Of a stretch of 64,000 nucleotides of DNA, positions 60,527-64,000 are shown in pieces. The stretch lies in the NCBI GenBank assembly GCA_963676095.1, contig OY781040.1, positions 5,802,705 to 5,866,704 on the forward strand, given 5' to 3'. The translations under genes and the position numbers were made by a program. The notes beneath the pieces are model-generated. The model had not been told where the DNA came from and searched no databases. It worked only from the letters and a program-made list of their open reading frames with translations. Positions within the stretch are counted from its first letter, which is position 1; every line of letters begins with the position of its first letter. The stretch comes from Prolixibacteraceae bacterium (lineage in GTDB: Bacteria > Bacteroidota > Bacteroidia > Bacteroidales > Prolixibacteraceae).

Positions 60527-61977
60527 CTGTCCGGAATTCTTAATTAGGAAAAAAGCTCAAAAATTCAAAATTTTAAGGCGACAAAACACTTAAAAAAGAA
60601 TTATGAGCTTTCCGATGCATAAAAATACAAAAAAGTCTGACATACCATTGTTCGGACAGTTAATTGATTTGATTCCCCGTCACATTCTGATAACAAGTAT
60701 CGACAAATATCAAACGGATAAATATTGTAGCAATTACAAAACCTACGACCAACTTGTAGCATTAATGTTCGGACAGCTGAATAAATGCACGAGCCACCGC
60801 GAGATTTGTATCGGGTTGGGCGGTGACGAAAAATTTCTCAGGGACATTGGGTTGAGCCAAAGCCCGGCACGTTCCACCATGAGCGATGGCAATGCCAAAC
60901 GCAACTATGAAGTATTCTGCGAGATATACCACAAGCTGGTGGAACATTACCGAAATGTTTTTAGTAAACGCCCCGGGTATAAAGAGATAAAGGAAATTGA
61001 AGGGAAAAACATCAAATTGGTCGATGCCACCATAATGAGCGTTTGCCTTAGCCTCTTCGAATGGGCCTCATACCGGACAGCTAAAGGAGGCATAAAGGCA
61101 CATGTGAGCCTTGACGAGAAAACAATGTTGCCTGAGATTATAAACATTACCGAAGCCAAACTAAGCGACAGGCGAGGGGTTGACGGATTCCGTTACCCCA
61201 AAGACACCATTGTTGTTGACGACCGGGGATATTTTGATTTTTCCCTGTTCAAACAAAGGGTCGACGACCAAAACATCTTTATCACACGGATGAAATCAAA
61301 TACGGTGTACCAGGAAATAGAAGAACTTGACCTGCCGGACGACCGTGATTTTGAAATTCTCAAAGACGAAACTATAAAATTAAGCAGTGTTGCTGCCGTC
61401 GAAGCAGGGATGGACGATATAACACTAAGGCGTGTTGCCATTTATTTTGAAGAAACCGACCGTAAGACAAAAACAAAAAAACACAAGGTAATAGCACTGG
61501 TAACAAATAACCTTGATTGGGATGCTTCCGTCATTGCGGAACTGTATAAAAGAAGGTGGTATATCGAAACATTTTTCAAGCTGATGAAACAAAACCTCCA
61601 GATAAAGAACTTCCTTGGAACCAGTGAGAATGCCTGCAAATCGCAAATCTATGTTGCACTGATCTGCTATTTTCTGCTCGAACTGGTAAGACGGACCGCA
61701 ACAAAGGCCACGCACCGCTTTGGGCATTTTATAACGCTGATAAGGGTCTGCCTCATAAAATATGAGGTGATGGAATATATCGTCAATGATATCCGTACGG
61801 TTGTGAAAAAAGTGAATGATTACAAAAAACGGCAGGACGACAAACAGATGGCGCTAAATTTAAAGACCGGCTAAAATAGTTTTGCCTGTTTTTCTGAAAT
61901 TTAAAAAAATAAACACTTGATCTCAACTTAGTTATGAAATAAAAATCATTTTTTTCATAAAATCCCGGACACTTATG
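60522..61977 (+). mobile_element. IS4-family-like insertion sequence (about 1.46 kb) with imperfect ~20-bp terminal inverted repeats and a 9-bp target-site duplication
   Basis: Left end catagctgtccggaattctta; reverse complement of the right end cataagtgtccgggattttat; 16 of 20 positions match. Flanking direct repeat atattgaat at 60513-60521 and 61978-61986. Single transposase ORF inside. Confidence 0.75.
60603..61874 (+). CDS. DDE transposase (IS4-family-like)
   Basis: 423 aa; DDE transposase-like organisation (VDATIMSV...IVVDDRGYFDF...YKRRWYIETFFKLMKQ); the E-containing YIETFFK motif is typical of the IS4/IS5 superfamily. Confidence 0.75.
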   Translation: MSFPMHKNTKKSDIPLFGQLIDLIPRHILITSIDKYQTDKYCSNYKTYDQLVALMFGQLNKCTSHREICIGLGGDEKFLRDIGLSQSPARSTMSDGNAKRNYEVFCEIYHKLVEHYRNVFSKRPGYKEIKEIEGKNIKLVDATIMSVCLSLFEWASYRTAKGGIKAHVSLDEKTMLPEIINITEAKLSDRRGVDGFRYPKDTIVVDDRGYFDFSLFKQRVDDQNIFITRMKSNTVYQEIEELDLPDDRDFEILKDETIKLSSVAAVEAGMDDITLRRVAIYFEETDRKTKTKKHKVIALVTNNLDWDASVIAELYKRRWYIETFFKLMKQNLQIKNFLGTSENACKSQIYVALICYFLLELVRRTATKATHRFGHFITLIRVCLIKYEVMEYIVNDIRTVVKKVNDYKKRQDDKQMALNLKTG

Positions 61978-62054
61978 ATATTGAATGAATTATTGATACC
62001 GCTTTTTTCTGGAAAAGAGGCCTCCTGATTAACATCCGTACACATTCAAAAACC

Positions 62055-62165
62055 TTATTTTTCCATGTTTTCCCCAACGTAGTCCTTTGGCAAAACGCCA
62101 AAGCGGGCTTTGAAACATTTAGCGAAATAGGATGAAGAGCAGAACACAGTTGGGCTACAAATTTC
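62055..62165 (-). pseudogene. AraC-family C-terminal remnant (copy 2)
   Basis: Same remnant as 55615-55725 with two substitutions near the stop. Confidence 0.45.
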
Positions 62166-62450
62166 CTACCCCTCATTGTTCGCAAAAGATAATTAAGAGC
62201 AAATTTTCTTTATTTAACTCGTATTTTGACCTGTTATTATTGTTTTTTGACCAGAATTTCCCGTTCCGTCTGATTTTAGATTCCGACCTTCGAATTGCAA
62301 ATAAATATGGAGGGAAATTTACCGAGCTTTATTCTGGAAACGGATAAAGCATAAAGAACATTTATTTAATACAAATCATAAATCGCCGAAGTGGTCATGG
62401 TGTTCATTATTACAAATTTTATAATTGTTCTCACTGAAAATCAATTACCA

Positions 62451-63089
62451 ATGAAAAAATTAACTAAAAAGAACCTAAAGCAATTGTCTGAAACAATGAC
62501 ACATCTCACAAAAACAGAACAGCGCAATTGTGTCGGCGCCGAAAACTATTATTCTCCTTCGGGTGAATTTTTGGGTCATTATGGGGAAAGCCACGAAATT
62601 AGGGTTGTTTCCGATTTTTTTGAACAATATCTCAGCGATATTCCAGGTATTAACATGTATAATTACAGCACCTCACTATTTATGTCAAGCAATAGTGCGC
62701 AAAATAATGTTATTGGGACCTTGGTAGAACGTCTTGGTTATGATTTAAATGTATATGTTAGTGGTATTTGGGATGACAATGGGAACCCGCTTTTGACAAC
62801 TGCAGGAAGCACCTATCATGCGCAAGACCCTTATGGAAGCTATACAGTGATAAATAGTCTATCTTATACATTTCAAAATGGTAACCAAAACGACATACTT
62901 TGCACACTTATTCATGAATACGATCATGTTATAAGTTACGATCCAGAAACATATGACAAAGCTATGTCAGAGTATTTAGCTTATTACAATACGATTCATA
63001 ATGACTATTTTCAGTACGTCTCGGACGAATATAGGGACGGAGTGTTGCGACAATACGAATATTATGGAAGAATTACTTCACAATATTAG
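62451..63089 (+). CDS. Protein with Bacteroidales double-glycine-type leader and HExxH motif (candidate leader-exported metallo-effector)
   Basis: N-terminus MKKLTKKNLKQLSETMTHLTKTEQRNCVGA matches the Bacteroidetes GG-leader pattern (Lys-rich, LxxL, EQ, then a small-residue pair) and lacks a Sec signal; HEYDH motif at LIHEYDHV with Glu/Tyr-rich downstream helix. The ORF as called starts at 62391; the Met at 62451 opens the leader. Confidence 0.55.
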   Translation: MKKLTKKNLKQLSETMTHLTKTEQRNCVGAENYYSPSGEFLGHYGESHEIRVVSDFFEQYLSDIPGINMYNYSTSLFMSSNSAQNNVIGTLVERLGYDLNVYVSGIWDDNGNPLLTTAGSTYHAQDPYGSYTVINSLSYTFQNGNQNDILCTLIHEYDHVISYDPETYDKAMSEYLAYYNTIHNDYFQYVSDEYRDGVLRQYEYYGRITSQY

Positions 63090-63094
63090 ATGTC

Positions 63095-63862
63095 ATGAAG
63101 AAAAAAATACCATTTTGCTTTTTGTATCTCGCTATGGGCGTAATGCAAGTGTCTGCACAGGAATACGAACAAACAGTAGAAGTCACTACTGATGAGTTTT
63201 CGGGCAGGCTGTTGAAAACTTCGGATGAATTATACATGGGGGATCATGCAGACAAATATTTAATGAATAAGTCACCTTTATCCTTTTTTAAAGGATATAA
63301 GAGCATCTTCGGTGGTGATTCTAAAGAACCTAAAAAAAATCAGGGATCTGAGAAATCTAAAAACTATATGATAACAACTTTCGTTATCCCACATCCAGCA
63401 GTTCGTTTTGGAGAAGTTGGATATAGTGAGAAAGAGTATACTGCCTACTGGATATTGTTAGATGAACAACTATATCTCTGTAAGATTGATTTTCCGGATA
63501 GCGTTAATAAAGAACAAACGGCTTATCCCGATATGGAGAAATTTACAGGCGTGCGTTTTTCTAAAAGGGATGTACCGACAAACGAAGGTCCTGGAGATAT
63601 CTTTGGATTTATGCCAGCCTTATGGTTTACCGATACGCTATATGTGAAAAAAGCAGTTACTAAAGAAGACCCTTATATGCCGCCTGATTTCTGGAAAGCG
63701 AAGCCATATTTGCAGATGATATTCAACAAAGGAAAATTAACTTCCAAAAAGATAGTTGACAATAAAATGCACACTCGGAAAATAACTGTACCCAGAAGAA
63801 AAATACCTCGAAAAAAGACAAGTCCTGTCATTAAAAAGGTGCCGCAAGAATTGGAAGACTAA
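63095..63862 (+). CDS. Secreted 255-aa basic-tailed partner protein (cassette copy 2)
   Basis: Signal peptide and same architecture as 56655-57422; starts 6 bp after the HExxH gene stop, suggesting translational coupling. Confidence 0.6.
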   Translation: MKKKIPFCFLYLAMGVMQVSAQEYEQTVEVTTDEFSGRLLKTSDELYMGDHADKYLMNKSPLSFFKGYKSIFGGDSKEPKKNQGSEKSKNYMITTFVIPHPAVRFGEVGYSEKEYTAYWILLDEQLYLCKIDFPDSVNKEQTAYPDMEKFTGVRFSKRDVPTNEGPGDIFGFMPALWFTDTLYVKKAVTKEDPYMPPDFWKAKPYLQMIFNKGKLTSKKIVDNKMHTRKITVPRRKIPRKKTSPVIKKVPQELED

Positions 63863-64000
63863 TCCTAAAATAGTACGGGATAAAGATGAAGTCATCCACT
63901 ATTCAAAGCACGGCTCCTTTTAACTGTCATAGTTTAAGACCGGCTAAAAAATGGCAGAAGACAAGACAATTTGGAGCAATTTTGGGGTCAAGTCCCGCTC

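Larger units (their letters stand above)
62046..63864. repeat. 1.82-kb cassette, copy 2 (intact)
   Basis: See copy 1; begins about 70 bp after the IS target duplication. Confidence 0.9.

Noticed and set aside
1-64000. Search for CRISPR arrays, tRNA and rRNA genes
   Set aside because: No regularly spaced short direct repeats with unique spacers and no tRNA-like cloverleaf or rRNA-like stretches were recognised. The only tandem or dispersed repeats are the 11-bp array at 13.1 kb, the caaac-rich intergenic family and the 1.8-kb cassette duplication.

Overview
This 64 kb window is from a Bacteroidota (Bacteroidales-like) chromosome, at roughly 45% GC, and is dominated by three polysaccharide utilization loci (PULs). 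PUL1 (1.1-18.6 kb, + strand) has an ECF sigma factor, a FecR anti-sigma, a SusC with an STN signalling domain, a SusD, a PA14-fused purple acid phosphatase, a DUF4091-like protein, two divergent GH92 proteins and a frameshifted phosphoesterase remnant. PUL2 (18.6-30.8 kb, + strand) has a second ECF sigma/FecR/SusC/SusD set, a DUF1573 protein, a GH31-like protein and an unassigned 724-aa hydrolase-like protein. PUL3 (34-48.6 kb, - strand) has an IPT/TIG protein, a SusC without an STN domain, a SusD, a SusE/F-like lipoprotein, a GH127, a GH43 and a glutaminase-A-like protein. A composite GC-rich intergenic repeat family sits in four of the spacers between the PUL3 genes. Diverged PUL3 paralogs (GH43, GH76-like, glutaminase-A-like) lie on the + strand at 49.9-54.9 kb. 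Between the two halves is a HEPN/MNT (HI0074/HI0073-type) toxin-antitoxin pair. Between PUL2 and PUL3 are a truncated ECF sigma fragment and an NfeD-flotillin operon. The last ~9 kb is accessory. It holds a ~1.82 kb cassette present twice (55606-57424 and 62046-63864). Each copy encodes a protein with a Bacteroidales double-glycine-type leader and an HExxH motif, followed by a secreted basic-tailed 255-aa partner; this is a candidate leader-exported effector/immunity module with no obvious family match. Copy 1 has decayed through a +1 and a -1 indel, and both copies begin with the last ~37 codons of an AraC-family gene. Between the copies are a glf 3' fragment joined to the cassette through a 5-bp microhomology, a multi-CxxC zinc-ribbon protein, a secreted protein interrupted by an in-frame TAA, an intact UDP-galactopyranose mutase gene (glf), and an IS4-family-like insertion sequence with ~20-bp imperfect inverted repeats and a 9-bp target duplication that supplies the current glf stop codon. 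I recognised no rRNA, tRNA or CRISPR array.
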